Part shown: in pieces, positions 16,360-26,639 of the stretch | Position numbering within the stretch: the first letter of the stretch is position 1 | How the letters are laid out: each line of letters begins with the position of its first letter | Origin: an uncultured delta proteobacterium | GTDB lineage: Bacteria > Myxococcota > UBA727 > VGSZ01 | DNA length: 64,000 nucleotides | Assembly (NCBI GenBank): GCA_963775425.1 | Contig: CAVZJB010000014.1 | Coordinates: forward strand, 32,001-96,000 | Direction: 5' to 3' | Position numbers and translations under genes: made by a program | Notes under the pieces: generated by a model | Database searches by the model: none | The model's input: the letters and a program-made list of their open reading frames with translations, nothing else | What the model was told of the DNA's origin: nothing

Positions 16360-18598
16360 GGCGGTTTCCCCCCGACAGCTCGGCCTTCGCCGGCAGGTCG
16401 ATGCTGTACGTGAAGTCGACGCTGTGCTTGACGCCCGGCATCAGCACCGCGCGCCACTCGAAGCCGCCCTTGAGCTCCTGGCCGTGCGCGTCCTTGTCCG
16501 TGCGGTTGATGGGCGGCTTCTCTTCGAGGACCTGCACGGTGACGTCCTTGACCTCGTCGGCGGGCACCGGGAGGCGGTCGTAGAGCACCAGGGGCGCCGG
16601 CTCCTTGCGCGTGGAGAGGAGCTCGAGGTGCACCTTGTGCTCCACCCGCGACGTCGACGTCACGATGCCCTTCTCCTTCTGGTTCACGTGCACCGTGCGC
16701 GACAGCACGCGCACGTCGGGGTCGACGCCGAGGTTGACCTCGACGGCGCCGGCGCCGGCGACGCGCGCGGCGCCCGGGTCGAGCCGCGCGTTCACCTTGA
16801 AGGCGCCGTCCTCGTAGACCGCGAGCGGCCCCGGCGGCAGCGGCGCCCCGCCGATCTCGAGCTTGCAGGTGCGCCACACGTCGTTGCTCTCGCGCGGCAC
16901 CGCCTTGTGCTCGGTGGCTGCAGGGCCGGCGTCCTCGCGCACCTCGACGCGGTAGAAGGTGCCGTCGCCGGGGACGTCGGTGGCGTCGGCCGCGCGCATC
17001 ACCGCCGGGAAGTGGGTGCCGAGGAGCGCCGAGGTCCCCCGCGGCAGCGGCGCGCGCTCGAGGTTCTGTCGCGCCCGCTCGAGCGCGAACAGGGCGCGGC
17101 GCAGCTCGGCGCGGCCGGCGCTGTCCGTGTCATGCGCCTCGAGCAGCCACTCGAGCCGGGACGTGGCATCGAGCGGCAGCAGCGCGCCGCGCTGTGGCTC
17201 GTCGGGGCCGGCCATGCGCATGCTCGAGGCGCGCAGGCGCGGCGGCAGCTCCGCCGCCGGCGCGCGCAGGACCGCGCTGCTCTCCTCGCGCGCGGCGCGC
17301 TTGCGCATCGGGCCGCCGCCGAAGCCGCGGGACATCGAGGCGCGGGGCGGCATCGGCGCCCCGGGAGACATGGCGTTCATCATCTCCATGGGCATGCCCG
17401 CGGAGCCGACCATCATGCCCTGGGCCTGCGCCAGCGGCGCCGGCGGCGGCGGCGGCGGCTCGCGCGACATGGCCGCCTCGTCGACGTCGAAGCCCACGCC
17501 GGTCTTGGTGGACGCGCCGAAGGCTTCGCGCGAGCGCGCCGGCGTAGCCTCGTCGGCCTCGGCGCTCGCCTCGTCGTCGAAGAGATCGATGCCGGCGTCG
17601 GTCTGTTCCTCTTCGAACGAGCGCACCTCGCCGGTGTCGGCGCGCTCGAAGGCCGCCATGGTGTCGGGGCGCCGCGACGGCATCGGCCGCGGCACCGGCT
17701 GGGTGGGCTCCGGCGGCGGCGGGCCGCCCCTGTTGCGCGCGAGCTTGCGCGGGGCGCGGTCGTAGCCGGAGAAGAGCTGCGGCAGGTCCGTGGGCAGCGG
17801 GCGGAACGCGCGCAGCGCGGCGGGCTGCGCGCGCCCGATGCGCCACGACGACAAGACGGGCAGGGTGGTCTCGCGGGCGAGGTCGGCGGTGCAGACGCCG
17901 ACGGTCACGCCGCTCCAGTCCTCGCCGGTGGCCTGTGCCACCAGCGCGGCCGTGACGAGGCGCGCGCGCCCGGTGGCGAGGTGGAGCGCGTACGTGGGCA
18001 CCCACCGGGCGGCGTGCACGAAGTACTCGAGCCTGAAGGGGACGTCCTCGTCGGCGTCGAGCCGGAAGCGCACCCCGCGCAGGACGCGGGGGGTGCGGTC
18101 GGGGACGGCGCCGGCGCGCTCGTCGAGCTTGCGCCGCTCGCGGTCGAGCTCGCGGCGCTTCTGCTCGAGGGCCCGGCGGCGGTCGGCGACGGCGCGGGCG
18201 CGGCCGGCGGCGAAGTCGACGAGGTCGACGAAGTGCTTGCCGTCCACGAGGCCGTCGGCGGGCGCGCGGGGGTCGGGCAGCTCGGGCATCAGCCCGTCGA
18301 GCACCTCGAGGAGGCCGGCGCACGTCTTGATCTCATCGTCGACGGCGGAGATGCGCAGGAGCAGCGCCGCGCGCTCCTCCTCGGGCACCGGCAGCGGCGC
18401 CGGCACCGTCTCGAGCTTCACGGTCTCTTCGAGGGACGCCACCTCGCCCCGGACCGGCCGGACGCGCAGGGAGTCCGCCGAGAACAGGAGCGGGAGCCCG
18501 CGCACCTCGACATCGCCGCGGCCGGCGCCCTCGCGCACGACCAGGGCGCCGTTTCGGTAGACCGTCACCTCGGAGATCCGGGTTGCCGCGACTTGCAT
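16352..18598 (-). CDS. DUF4140/DUF4139 protein with a long disordered insert
   Basis: ISEVTVYRNGALVVR, ARWVPTY, AQATGEDWSGV, C-terminal Ig-like region; ATG 18598 (alternative GTG 18607). Confidence 0.88.
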   Translation of the reverse strand: MQVAATRISEVTVYRNGALVVREGAGRGDVEVRGLPLLFSADSLRVRPVRGEVASLEETVKLETVPAPLPVPEEERAALLLRISAVDDEIKTCAGLLEVLDGLMPELPDPRAPADGLVDGKHFVDLVDFAAGRARAVADRRRALEQKRRELDRERRKLDERAGAVPDRTPRVLRGVRFRLDADEDVPFRLEYFVHAARWVPTYALHLATGRARLVTAALVAQATGEDWSGVTVGVCTADLARETTLPVLSSWRIGRAQPAALRAFRPLPTDLPQLFSGYDRAPRKLARNRGGPPPPEPTQPVPRPMPSRRPDTMAAFERADTGEVRSFEEEQTDAGIDLFDDEASAEADEATPARSREAFGASTKTGVGFDVDEAAMSREPPPPPPAPLAQAQGMMVGSAGMPMEMMNAMSPGAPMPPRASMSRGFGGGPMRKRAAREESSAVLRAPAAELPPRLRASSMRMAGPDEPQRGALLPLDATSRLEWLLEAHDTDSAGRAELRRALFALERARQNLERAPLPRGTSALLGTHFPAVMRAADATDVPGDGTFYRVEVREDAGPAATEHKAVPRESNDVWRTCKLEIGGAPLPPGPLAVYEDGAFKVNARLDPGAARVAGAGAVEVNLGVDPDVRVLSRTVHVNQKEKGIVTSTSRVEHKVHLELLSTRKEPAPLVLYDRLPVPADEVKDVTVQVLEEKPPINRTDKDAHGQELKGGFEWRAVLMPGVKHSVDFTYSIDLPAKAELSGGNRRE

Positions 18599-19287
18599 GA
18601 CCCGCACTTAGCACGTACACGCCTCGGCTTTGGAGGCACTCATGGGCAAGGGCGACCAGCGTTCGCGTCGTGGCAAGATCTACCGGGGCACCCACGGAAA
18701 GACCCGTCCGGCGGGCAACAAGAAGCGTGACCACGCGGCGGAAGCAAAGTCCGTGCGGTGATTTTCTGCGCTGACGCGCAGGCAGCCGGGCCCTCCGGGC
18801 CCCCCCGCGCTCCGCGCGGGTCCCCCCCGGCTTGAGCATCTTCCCGCCTGGAGCCGCGCGCGGAGCTCGCGCTCGCGTGGCGGCGTGGCGATCGCCGGAT
18901 GTCGCGGGACGGAGTCCCTCCACTTGATGCAGCTCCTCCACGAGCTCGGGCTGCTCGTGTTGCCCGGCGGCGCGGCTGCGCGGCCAACCTCCGCGGATGA
19001 CGAAGCGGGTCTGCTCGAGCTGGTCGCGGACGATCACGTTTGCCGAGCTCGCGGAGCACGTCGACACGAAGGGCGACGCGCTGTCGAGCGTGTTCGCGGA
19101 CTCCCTGCGGCGCTGGGCGAGCATCGGCGCTGGGACACCCGCTCTCGGGGGGCGAAACCGCGACGCGATGACGGGACGGCGCCCCGCTTCCTCCACGGCG
19201 GGAGCGTGTGGCAAGTGGCAATCGCCGCGTACCGCAGCGCCGCATTGATTTCGGATCTCACTCGCTTCCAGGTGATACGCTCGCATC

Positions 19288-20364
19288 ATGCGTCCGTTCC
19301 GCCTCTCCGCCCTCGTCGTCGCGTCGGTGCTCGGCAGCGGATGCGGCGCAGGATTGCTCGATCCGAATCGCTACGATCGCACGTGCAATGCGGCGTCCGA
19401 CTGTGTGGCGGTCTCGTTCGCGCCCGCGTGCAACACCGGTTGTGGACCTGGACCGAACGGCGCCATCAACCGATCCTCGCTCGCGCAGCTTGAGAAAGAC
19501 ACGCAAGACGCCACGGCGTTGTGCGGACCACAGTTCGCCGAGTGCTTGCTCGGCGGCGGCCCACCAGTGATCACGACGTGCGACAGCGGCGCCTGCGGGA
19601 TCGAGCCCGCTCCGGTGCCGCCGACGGACGTCTCGTGGAGCTGGTCGAACCCGATCGCGGCGACGACAATCCCGACGAACACCGTTTTCGCCGGCACCGT
19701 CAGCGCAGGCACCGACCCCGCGCAGGGGCTCTCCGTCACGCTCACGGTGGAGGGCGAGGACGACCCCCGCAGCGTGACGATCACGACCGACACCGCGCGC
19801 TGCGCCGCGTTCGGCGGCTGCGAGAGCGTCCTCGACGTGGGGCCGCCATTGCCGCCGCACGCGAACATCGAATTCAACTTCACGCCATCTTCCTCGTTCA
19901 GCGACATTGCGTGGACCACCGGGGACGGCGACGACGTCACGGCGCCGAGCGTCGTCCCGTTCGAGGTGACCGCTACGGGCGTCGCGAAGGCGAACGGCGT
20001 GCTCGAAAAGGTGGTGAACCTCCGCGCGCAGTTGCCCGCCGATGACTCCGGCCTCGCGACGATCGACGTCTTCCGTACGATCGACGGCGGCGAAGAGAAG
20101 GCGCTCGACCGCTTGCGGCCCGACTCCCTCGAGGTCGGCGATCAGATCCCGAGCGCCTCGGGTGCCGAGACCGCGTGCTACGTGCTCGCCGCATCGGACT
20201 GGGCGGGCAACACCGCGCGCGCGGATCCGGTGTGCGTCGACGTTGGCGTCAGTGACGCCGAGGCAGCGTCACTCAACGGTGGATGCGCGTCATCGACCGA
20301 CACCGCGCCGCTCGCGGCCGCGGCCCTGCTCGCGCTCCTGCCACGGCGTCGCCGCCGGCGCTGA
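19288..20364 (+). CDS. Exported Cys-containing protein with MYXO-CTERM-like tail
   Basis: N-terminal signal ending GSGC; C-terminal GGCASS-hydrophobic-RRRRRR. Confidence 0.75.
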   Translation: MRPFRLSALVVASVLGSGCGAGLLDPNRYDRTCNAASDCVAVSFAPACNTGCGPGPNGAINRSSLAQLEKDTQDATALCGPQFAECLLGGGPPVITTCDSGACGIEPAPVPPTDVSWSWSNPIAATTIPTNTVFAGTVSAGTDPAQGLSVTLTVEGEDDPRSVTITTDTARCAAFGGCESVLDVGPPLPPHANIEFNFTPSSSFSDIAWTTGDGDDVTAPSVVPFEVTATGVAKANGVLEKVVNLRAQLPADDSGLATIDVFRTIDGGEEKALDRLRPDSLEVGDQIPSASGAETACYVLAASDWAGNTARADPVCVDVGVSDAEAASLNGGCASSTDTAPLAAAALLALLPRRRRRR

Positions 20365-20377
20365 CGGCGCTCCTGTG

Positions 20378-20624
20378 CACGTGCGCGGTCGCGGGAGCGC
20401 TCGCGTGTACGGGGAGCGAGTGGGTGACACGTGCGCGGTCGCGGGAGCGCTCGCGTGTACCGCGGTCGCGTGAACGGGGAGCGACTGCGTGACACGTGCG
20501 CGGTCGCGGGAGCGGTCACGTGAACGGGGAGCGACTGGGTGACACGGGCGCGGTCGCGGGAGCGCTCGCGTGAATGTGCCCGCTCCTCGGCCGTGTCCGT
20601 GAACGTGTCACCCACTCGCTCCCC
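20378..20624. repeat. Intergenic ~50-bp tandem repeat (4 units) plus a partial inverted copy
   Basis: Units start at 20378, 20428, 20493 and 20543 (CACGTGCGCGGTCGCGGGAGCGCTCGCGTG...); 20604-20624 is the reverse complement of 20411-20431. Confidence 0.9.
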
Positions 20625-20678
20625 CTCACGTTCCCGCTCCCCGCTCCCGCTCCCCGCTCCCGGTGCTAAACGAGCCCC

Positions 20679-21284
20679 ATGAACATCGAGCTCTTCTACG
20701 ACCTCGAGTCGAGCTACTCGTATCTCGCCTTCACCGCGCTCGACCGCTACGTCCCCGCCGTGTGGCCGGGCGTGGAGCTCGTGCTGCGCCCCGCGCTCCT
20801 CGGCGGTGTCTTCAAGGCCGTCGGCAACGTGCCGCCGGCGACGCTGCCGGCGCGCGCGCCGTACCTGGTGAGCGACATGGCGCGGCTCGCCAGGTGGTAC
20901 GGCGTGCCCATGCAGATCCCCGACGGCTTCCCGTCGACGTCGCTGCAGGTGATGCGCGCGCTCACCGCCGTCTCCCAGCGCGAGCCCGCCAAGCTGCGCG
21001 ACGTCACGCGCGCCCTGTACCGGGCCCACTGGGGCGAGGGCAAAGCCGTCGACACGCCCGAGGCGTGGGCCGCCGCCGGCGCCGGCTTCGTCGACGCCGC
21101 CACCGTCCAGGATCCGGCGATCAAAGACGCCCTCAAAAAGACCACCGAGGAAGCCGTCGCGCGCGGCGCCTTCGGCTTCCCCGCCATGTTCGTCGACGGC
21201 GGCGATCTCTTCTTCGGCGCCGATCGAATCGAGCTGCTCGCGCGCGAGCACGGCCTCCCCTGGCGCGGCCCCGCACCGGCGTGA
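20679..21284 (+). CDS. DsbA-family HCCA isomerase / GST-kappa protein
   Basis: IELFYDLESSYSYLA, RPALLGGVFKAVGN, TEEAVARGAFGFP, FFGADR. Confidence 0.92.
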   Translation: MNIELFYDLESSYSYLAFTALDRYVPAVWPGVELVLRPALLGGVFKAVGNVPPATLPARAPYLVSDMARLARWYGVPMQIPDGFPSTSLQVMRALTAVSQREPAKLRDVTRALYRAHWGEGKAVDTPEAWAAAGAGFVDAATVQDPAIKDALKKTTEEAVARGAFGFPAMFVDGGDLFFGADRIELLAREHGLPWRGPAPA

Positions 21285-21469
21285 CCTCGGCCACAGGCGC
21301 GCCGCATTCGTGCGACGCGCGCATACGAAGACGTACACCAGCGTGACGGTCGACCACATCGGACGTGATGAGGGTCCGGAACCACATGTCGCATCCGTCA
21401 GTTGAACGGCGCTGATTGCGCTCGCGCCCCCTACGCTTTCCGACAACGGGAAACAGGGTGGGTGAACTG

Positions 21470-23719
21470 ATGCGCTTCTTTGCTCTTGCCGTCCTCGCCG
21501 CCGTCACCGCAACGCCCGCCGTCGCCGCGCGGGACCTCGCGGTCTTCCGCAAGGGCGTGCCGCAAAAGCGCATCCCCGGCGTGGGCCTCGTCAAGCTCCG
21601 CGGCATCGACGCCCACCAGCTCATCGTCGACGGCGACGCCCTCAAGGATCTCTCGGCGCGCAGCCACGTCGACGTCACCCTCATCCGCCCCGTGGTCCTC
21701 GGCTGGGCCTTCGTCGAGATCCGGGCCCACGGCGACACCACCGTCCCCGACGAGGCCACCACCCTCTCCCTGCTCGAGCAGCTCAAGAACGATCCCGCCG
21801 TCGAGGCCGTCAGCGCCGACAAGTGGATGCACGCCCTGCGCGTCCCCAACGACCCCGGCCTCCCCCAGATGTGGCACTTCGACATCATCCACGCGCAGCA
21901 GGCGTGGGACATCACGCAGGGCCTCACCAGCCAGCGCATCGGCATCATCGACACCGGCCTCGTGCGCAGCCACGAAGACGTCGGCAACCGCGCCGTCAAC
22001 GGCTTCGACTTCATCTCCTCGACGCAGACCTCCAACGACGGCAACGGCCGCGACAGCGACTTCAACGACGCCGGCGACGCGTGCAACGGCCCCTCCAGCT
22101 TCCACGGCACCCACGTCGCCGGCACCATCGGCGCCACCGCCGACAACGGCATCGGCGTCGTCGGCCTCAACTGGAACGCCGGCCTCGTCATCGCCCGCGC
22201 CCTCGGCGTGTGCGGCGGCGATCTCGTCGACATCATGGAGGGCGCCGTCTGGCTCGCCGGCGGCCACGTCGACAACGTCCCCGACGTCGGCGCCGACCGC
22301 GTCTCCGTCATGAACCTCTCCCTCGGCAGCGACGGCGGCTGCTCCAGCTTCGAGCAGCAGGGCGTCGACTTCGTGAACCAGCAGGGCGTGATGTTCGTGG
22401 CCGCCGCCGGCAACAGCTCCGGCCCCGTGGGCAGCCCCGCCAACTGCAACGGCGCCATCGCCGTGGCCGCGCACGGCCCGCAGCACGAGCTCGCGTCGTA
22501 CTCGAGCTTCGGCAACGAGGTCGCCATCGTGGCCCCCGGCGGCGACGAGGAGCAGTTCGGCCAGGCCGGCGGCGTCCTGTCCTCCATCGGCCCGAACGGC
22601 GACGCCTACGCGTTCGAAGAGGGCACGAGCATGGCCACGCCGCACGTCACCGGCTCCATCTCCTTGATGCAGGCGCTCAACGCCAGCCTCTCCCGCACCG
22701 ACATCGTCGGCATCCTCCAGCAGACCGGCGTCACCTGCAGCGGCTGCGGCAGCAAGAAGGCCCTCGCGCTCGACGCCGCGCTCGCGGCCGTGCCCGGTGG
22801 TGGCGGCGTCACCAACCCGCCGCCGCCGCCGCCGCCCACGGGCGACGACGCGTTCGAGGAGAACGACAGCTTCGACCAGGCCAAGGACGGCCTCGCCTGC
22901 AACGGCACGCAGAACCTCATCGCGCTCCCCGCCGATCAGGACTGGTTCCTCCTGCCCACGGCGGCGGGCGAGTCCATCGACGTCTCCATCGCGGGCGGAA
23001 ACACCACGAACGGCGATCTCGATCTCTACGCGTTCACCGCGCCGACCAACGACGCCATCGTCGCGGCGTCGGAGACCAACACGGGCAACGAGAGCATCCA
23101 CGTCGACGGCGACGGCACCACCCTGCACATCCTCGTGAACCCGTTCGTCGACACGCAGAACAACATCAACAACAGCGGGCCCTACGCCATCACCGTCACG
23201 TGCTCCGGCCCGCAGCCCGGCGCCACCGACCCCGGCACGGATCCGGGCACCGATCCGGGCACCGACCCCGGCACGGATCCGAACCCCGCGCTCGACGACT
23301 CCTACGAGGACAACGACACCCTCGCGCAGGCGGGCAAGATGTTCTGCGACGAGGAGCTCGACCTCCAGGCCAACGACGACGACTTCTTCACGGTCGACGT
23401 CCGCGAGGGCGACGCGCTGCAGATCGAGGTGCAGTCGGGGGTGGCGCTCGCCACCCAGATCTTGAACAGCAACGGTGACGTCGTCGCGGAGAGCAGCGGC
23501 ACCGCCGCCGCGCGCGCCGACGCCCTCGCCGCGGGCACCTATGTGATGAAGATCTCGCCCACCGGCGCGGCCGGCCCCTACCACCTGAAGGCCGACTGCA
23601 TCGCCGCGAGCAACCCGCAGGTGCAGACCGTCGGCGGCTGCTCCAGCAGCGGCGCCGCCGCCGCCCCCATGGGCTTCGCGCTCGCGCTCCTCGCGCTCCT
23701 CCGCCGCAAGCGGCGCTGA
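21470..23719 (+). CDS. Secreted S8 subtilisin-like peptidase with PPC-like domains and MYXO-CTERM
   Basis: Catalytic triad motifs IIDTG, FHGTHVAG and GTSMATPHV; AAGN; DDxYEDND repeats; C-terminal GGCSSS...LLALLRRKRR. Confidence 0.95.
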   Translation: MRFFALAVLAAVTATPAVAARDLAVFRKGVPQKRIPGVGLVKLRGIDAHQLIVDGDALKDLSARSHVDVTLIRPVVLGWAFVEIRAHGDTTVPDEATTLSLLEQLKNDPAVEAVSADKWMHALRVPNDPGLPQMWHFDIIHAQQAWDITQGLTSQRIGIIDTGLVRSHEDVGNRAVNGFDFISSTQTSNDGNGRDSDFNDAGDACNGPSSFHGTHVAGTIGATADNGIGVVGLNWNAGLVIARALGVCGGDLVDIMEGAVWLAGGHVDNVPDVGADRVSVMNLSLGSDGGCSSFEQQGVDFVNQQGVMFVAAAGNSSGPVGSPANCNGAIAVAAHGPQHELASYSSFGNEVAIVAPGGDEEQFGQAGGVLSSIGPNGDAYAFEEGTSMATPHVTGSISLMQALNASLSRTDIVGILQQTGVTCSGCGSKKALALDAALAAVPGGGGVTNPPPPPPPTGDDAFEENDSFDQAKDGLACNGTQNLIALPADQDWFLLPTAAGESIDVSIAGGNTTNGDLDLYAFTAPTNDAIVAASETNTGNESIHVDGDGTTLHILVNPFVDTQNNINNSGPYAITVTCSGPQPGATDPGTDPGTDPGTDPGTDPNPALDDSYEDNDTLAQAGKMFCDEELDLQANDDDFFTVDVREGDALQIEVQSGVALATQILNSNGDVVAESSGTAAARADALAAGTYVMKISPTGAAGPYHLKADCIAASNPQVQTVGGCSSSGAAAAPMGFALALLALLRRKRR
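23225..23284 (+). repeat. (TDPG)5 linker repeat
   Basis: 12-bp imperfect tandem repeat inside the peptidase gene. Confidence 0.85.
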
Positions 23720-23744
23720 GCCGCGTCCGACACGTTCCGTCGAC

Positions 23745-23780
23745 GAGAGCCGCCCGATCACTCGGGCGGCTTTCGTTTTG
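23745..23780 (+). terminator. Intrinsic terminator
   Basis: AGCCGCCCGA-TCAC-TCGGGCGGCT-TTCGTTTTG after the peptidase gene. Confidence 0.8.
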
Positions 23781-23863
23781 TGCGCTTGTCCGCCGAACCC
23801 GCTGTCGAGCGGGGTCGTATTCGGCTTGGCACCTCATCAGGGGCGCCCACATCAGGAGGAACC

Positions 23864-25057
23864 GTGACTCGCAAAACCGCGACGCGGCTTTGGTGCGTCG
23901 CCTTCGGGCTCGGTTTGAGCCCGCTCGCGTCGTGCAGCTGCGGATTGACCTGCGGGACTGGCACCGCAGACAACGGCCAGGGGCAGTGTCTGCCCGTCGG
24001 AGCAGAAGGAGAGGGAGAGGGAGAGGGGGAACAGCTCACCTGCGGCGCCGGCACCGTCGACAACGGCCAGAGCCAGTGCGTCCCTGAAAACCCGCTCGCG
24101 TGCGGCGCGGGCACCAACGACAACGGCAACGGCCAGTGCGTGGTGACCAACCCGATCACCTGCGGGGAGGGCACCGAGGAGCAGACCGGCGTGTGTCTGC
24201 CGGTCGGCACCTTCACGCCCGCGCCGGCGTCGACGAGCCTGGAGCTGCCGTTCGACGCGGCGCCGAGCCCCGACGGCAGCGTCATCTACTACACCGCCGG
24301 CGGCAGCGACGGGGAGACGCACTCGTTGTGGAGCGTCCCGTTCGACGGCAGCGCCGCGCCCAGGGAGCTCACCACGGGCCTGGTGGCGCCGCTCGGCATC
24401 GCGGTGTCGTCGGACGGCGGCACCGTGTTCGTCGGCGACACCGGCGACGAGGACGGCGCAGACCCAGACCAGATCGGCGGGCTGCTCTCGGTGGACGCGT
24501 CCACGGGCACGGCCACGCGCGTGGCGGGCGCCGACGGCTTCGAGATCAAGGGGCTCGACCTCATCGACAACAACGGCACCGACGAGATCACCTTCAGCGG
24601 GACGGATCCCGCCGACGGCGAGAAGGGCATCTTCGCGCTCGTCGGCGGGAGCGTGACGCTCATCGCCAAGGGCGCGCCGTTCAGCGACCCGAGCGGCGTC
24701 GCGGTGACGTCCACGGGTGACCGCTATGTCGTCGACACCAGCGCCGCCGAGGACGGACAGGGCGCGGTGATCAAGGTCGACTCCGCCGACGCCGCGTCGG
24801 TGTTCGTCGAGGGCATCAACGCCGGCTACCCCGCGGGCGCCGCCCTCAGCCACGACGAGGCCACGTTGTTCGTGTCGGGCATCGGCGCCGACGGCAACGC
24901 CCTCGTCAACGTCATCGACCTCGCCACCGGCAACGTCAGCTTCGTCAACACGGGCCTGTTGGGCAACGACGAAGCCGGCGGACTCCACCGCGCCAAGGAC
25001 AGCGACTCCTTCGCGTGGGCCGGCACCACCACCGTCTACGGCATCACGTTCCAGTGA
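23864..25057 (+). CDS. Lipoprotein with CGxGTxDNGxxQC repeats and a beta-propeller-like domain
   Basis: AGGAGGA RBS, LASC lipobox, four Cys-pair repeats, short GE run, NHL/SGL-like PLGIAVS, PSGVAVT and PAGAALS. Confidence 0.75.
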   Translation: MTRKTATRLWCVAFGLGLSPLASCSCGLTCGTGTADNGQGQCLPVGAEGEGEGEGEQLTCGAGTVDNGQSQCVPENPLACGAGTNDNGNGQCVVTNPITCGEGTEEQTGVCLPVGTFTPAPASTSLELPFDAAPSPDGSVIYYTAGGSDGETHSLWSVPFDGSAAPRELTTGLVAPLGIAVSSDGGTVFVGDTGDEDGADPDQIGGLLSVDASTGTATRVAGADGFEIKGLDLIDNNGTDEITFSGTDPADGEKGIFALVGGSVTLIAKGAPFSDPSGVAVTSTGDRYVVDTSAAEDGQGAVIKVDSADAASVFVEGINAGYPAGAALSHDEATLFVSGIGADGNALVNVIDLATGNVSFVNTGLLGNDEAGGLHRAKDSDSFAWAGTTTVYGITFQ

Positions 25058-25086
25058 ACCCCATCAAGGAAATCAGGAGAGACATC

Positions 25087-26481
25087 ATGAAACGCCAGAT
25101 GAAGACCCTCTTCGGCGCCGCGCTCATCGCGCTCGTGCCCACCACCGCGATGGCGTCGAGCCATCGGGAAGCCCCGGCCATCAGCAACGATCCCGCGGCC
25201 GACAACACCGACCTGTATGCGTGGGTGACGCCGACCACGCACGACAAGCTGATCGTTATCGCCAACTACATCCCGCTCGAGGAGCCCTCGGGCGGTCCGA
25301 ACTTCCACTCGTTCTCGGACGACGTGCGCTACGAGGTCCACCTGTTCAAGGGCGACGACATCCAGCGGGACTTCGTCACGTACCGGATCCGCTTCCACAC
25401 GTCGCACCCGAACGCGGCCAACCCCGGCGACGCCACGGCGAGCCCCATCGGAAACGGGCTGAACTTCTTCAGCCAGATCTCCGGCGATACGCAGACGTAC
25501 ACGGTCACCAAGATCGATCGCCAGGGTCACCGCACGGTGATCGCCAGCGACGTGCCCGTGGCGCCGGTGAACATCGGCCCCCGCACGGAGGCCGTCGTCC
25601 ACGGCGGCGCCGCCTACGACGACGACTTCACGCAGACCTTCGTCCAGAACACCACCGACGGCGGCCGCGTCTTCGCCGGCCCGCGTGACGACGGCTTCTA
25701 CGTGGACCTCGGCGGCATCTTCGACCTCGCGAACCTCCGCCCGAACGGCACCGCGCAGGACGGCGTCGCCGGCTTCAACACCCACAGCATCGCGCTCGAG
25801 ATCCCGTTGACCACCCTCTTCGGCAACACGCTGCCCTCGGTGTCCAACAACGACAGCATCGTGAGCGTGTATGCGTCGGCGAGCCGCCGTAAGGTGAGCA
25901 TCCTCAAGCGCAACGGCCGCCACCGGAGCGCGGGCCCGTTCGTGCAGGTGAGCCGCCTGGGCCTCCCGCTCATCAACGAGGCCGTCATCGGTCTGCAGGA
26001 CAAGGACCGCTACAACGCGTCGCTGCCCAAGGACGACGTCGCCAAGTTCGGCGGCTACTTCCTGAACCCGGTGGTGGTGCGTGACGCCGTGGCCGTGGGC
26101 ATCTACGACCAGGCCACCGTGGACGCCGGCGGCTTCGACCGCAACCGCACCGACATCCTCGACGTCATCGGCCTCAAGGGCGGCGACGTGAACCTGAGCC
26201 AGATCGGCGACGTCCTGCGCGTCGACGTCACCAAGGACTCGGCGTTCCCCAACGGCCGCGCGCTCGAGGGCACCACCGACGTCCTCGGCAACACCCGCGC
26301 CGCGGATCAGGAAAACGGCGACGTGACCGACATCGAGCTGTCGCTGCTGCTGTTCAAGCTCGGGTCCATCGTGAGCGACGGCGTGCAGCACAACGACAAG
26401 CCGTTCCTCGATCACTTCCCGTACCTGAACACCCCGTGGCGCGGCTTCGACGAGGGCCACGGCAAGCCCACGGCCCCGTAG
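25087..26481 (+). CDS. DUF4331 family secreted protein
   Basis: ASSHREAP, ADNTDLYA, VFAGPRDDGFYVDL, QVSRLGLPLINE, FPNGR, FPYL. Confidence 0.92.
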   Translation: MKRQMKTLFGAALIALVPTTAMASSHREAPAISNDPAADNTDLYAWVTPTTHDKLIVIANYIPLEEPSGGPNFHSFSDDVRYEVHLFKGDDIQRDFVTYRIRFHTSHPNAANPGDATASPIGNGLNFFSQISGDTQTYTVTKIDRQGHRTVIASDVPVAPVNIGPRTEAVVHGGAAYDDDFTQTFVQNTTDGGRVFAGPRDDGFYVDLGGIFDLANLRPNGTAQDGVAGFNTHSIALEIPLTTLFGNTLPSVSNNDSIVSVYASASRRKVSILKRNGRHRSAGPFVQVSRLGLPLINEAVIGLQDKDRYNASLPKDDVAKFGGYFLNPVVVRDAVAVGIYDQATVDAGGFDRNRTDILDVIGLKGGDVNLSQIGDVLRVDVTKDSAFPNGRALEGTTDVLGNTRAADQENGDVTDIELSLLLFKLGSIVSDGVQHNDKPFLDHFPYLNTPWRGFDEGHGKPTAP

Positions 26482-26639
26482 TCGCGCCGGGACCGGCGCG
26501 GGGAAAACGGCCTCGCGCCGGCCCCGGGGCATGTGCGCCCGCACAGAGCGGTCGCTGTATGACTCCGGTTGTGACGGGGCCCCCACTTTCGGGGGCCTCG
26601 TCGTTTGGTCAGGATCCACCCGTGGCTCGTAGGTCAGGC

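Noticed and set aside
20378-20624. CRISPR array
   Set aside because: The units are contiguous near-copies with no unique spacers, and there are no cas genes in the window.
21285-21469. ACCACAT direct repeat upstream of the S8 peptidase
   Set aside because: Only 7 bp in two copies; too weak to call a regulatory site.
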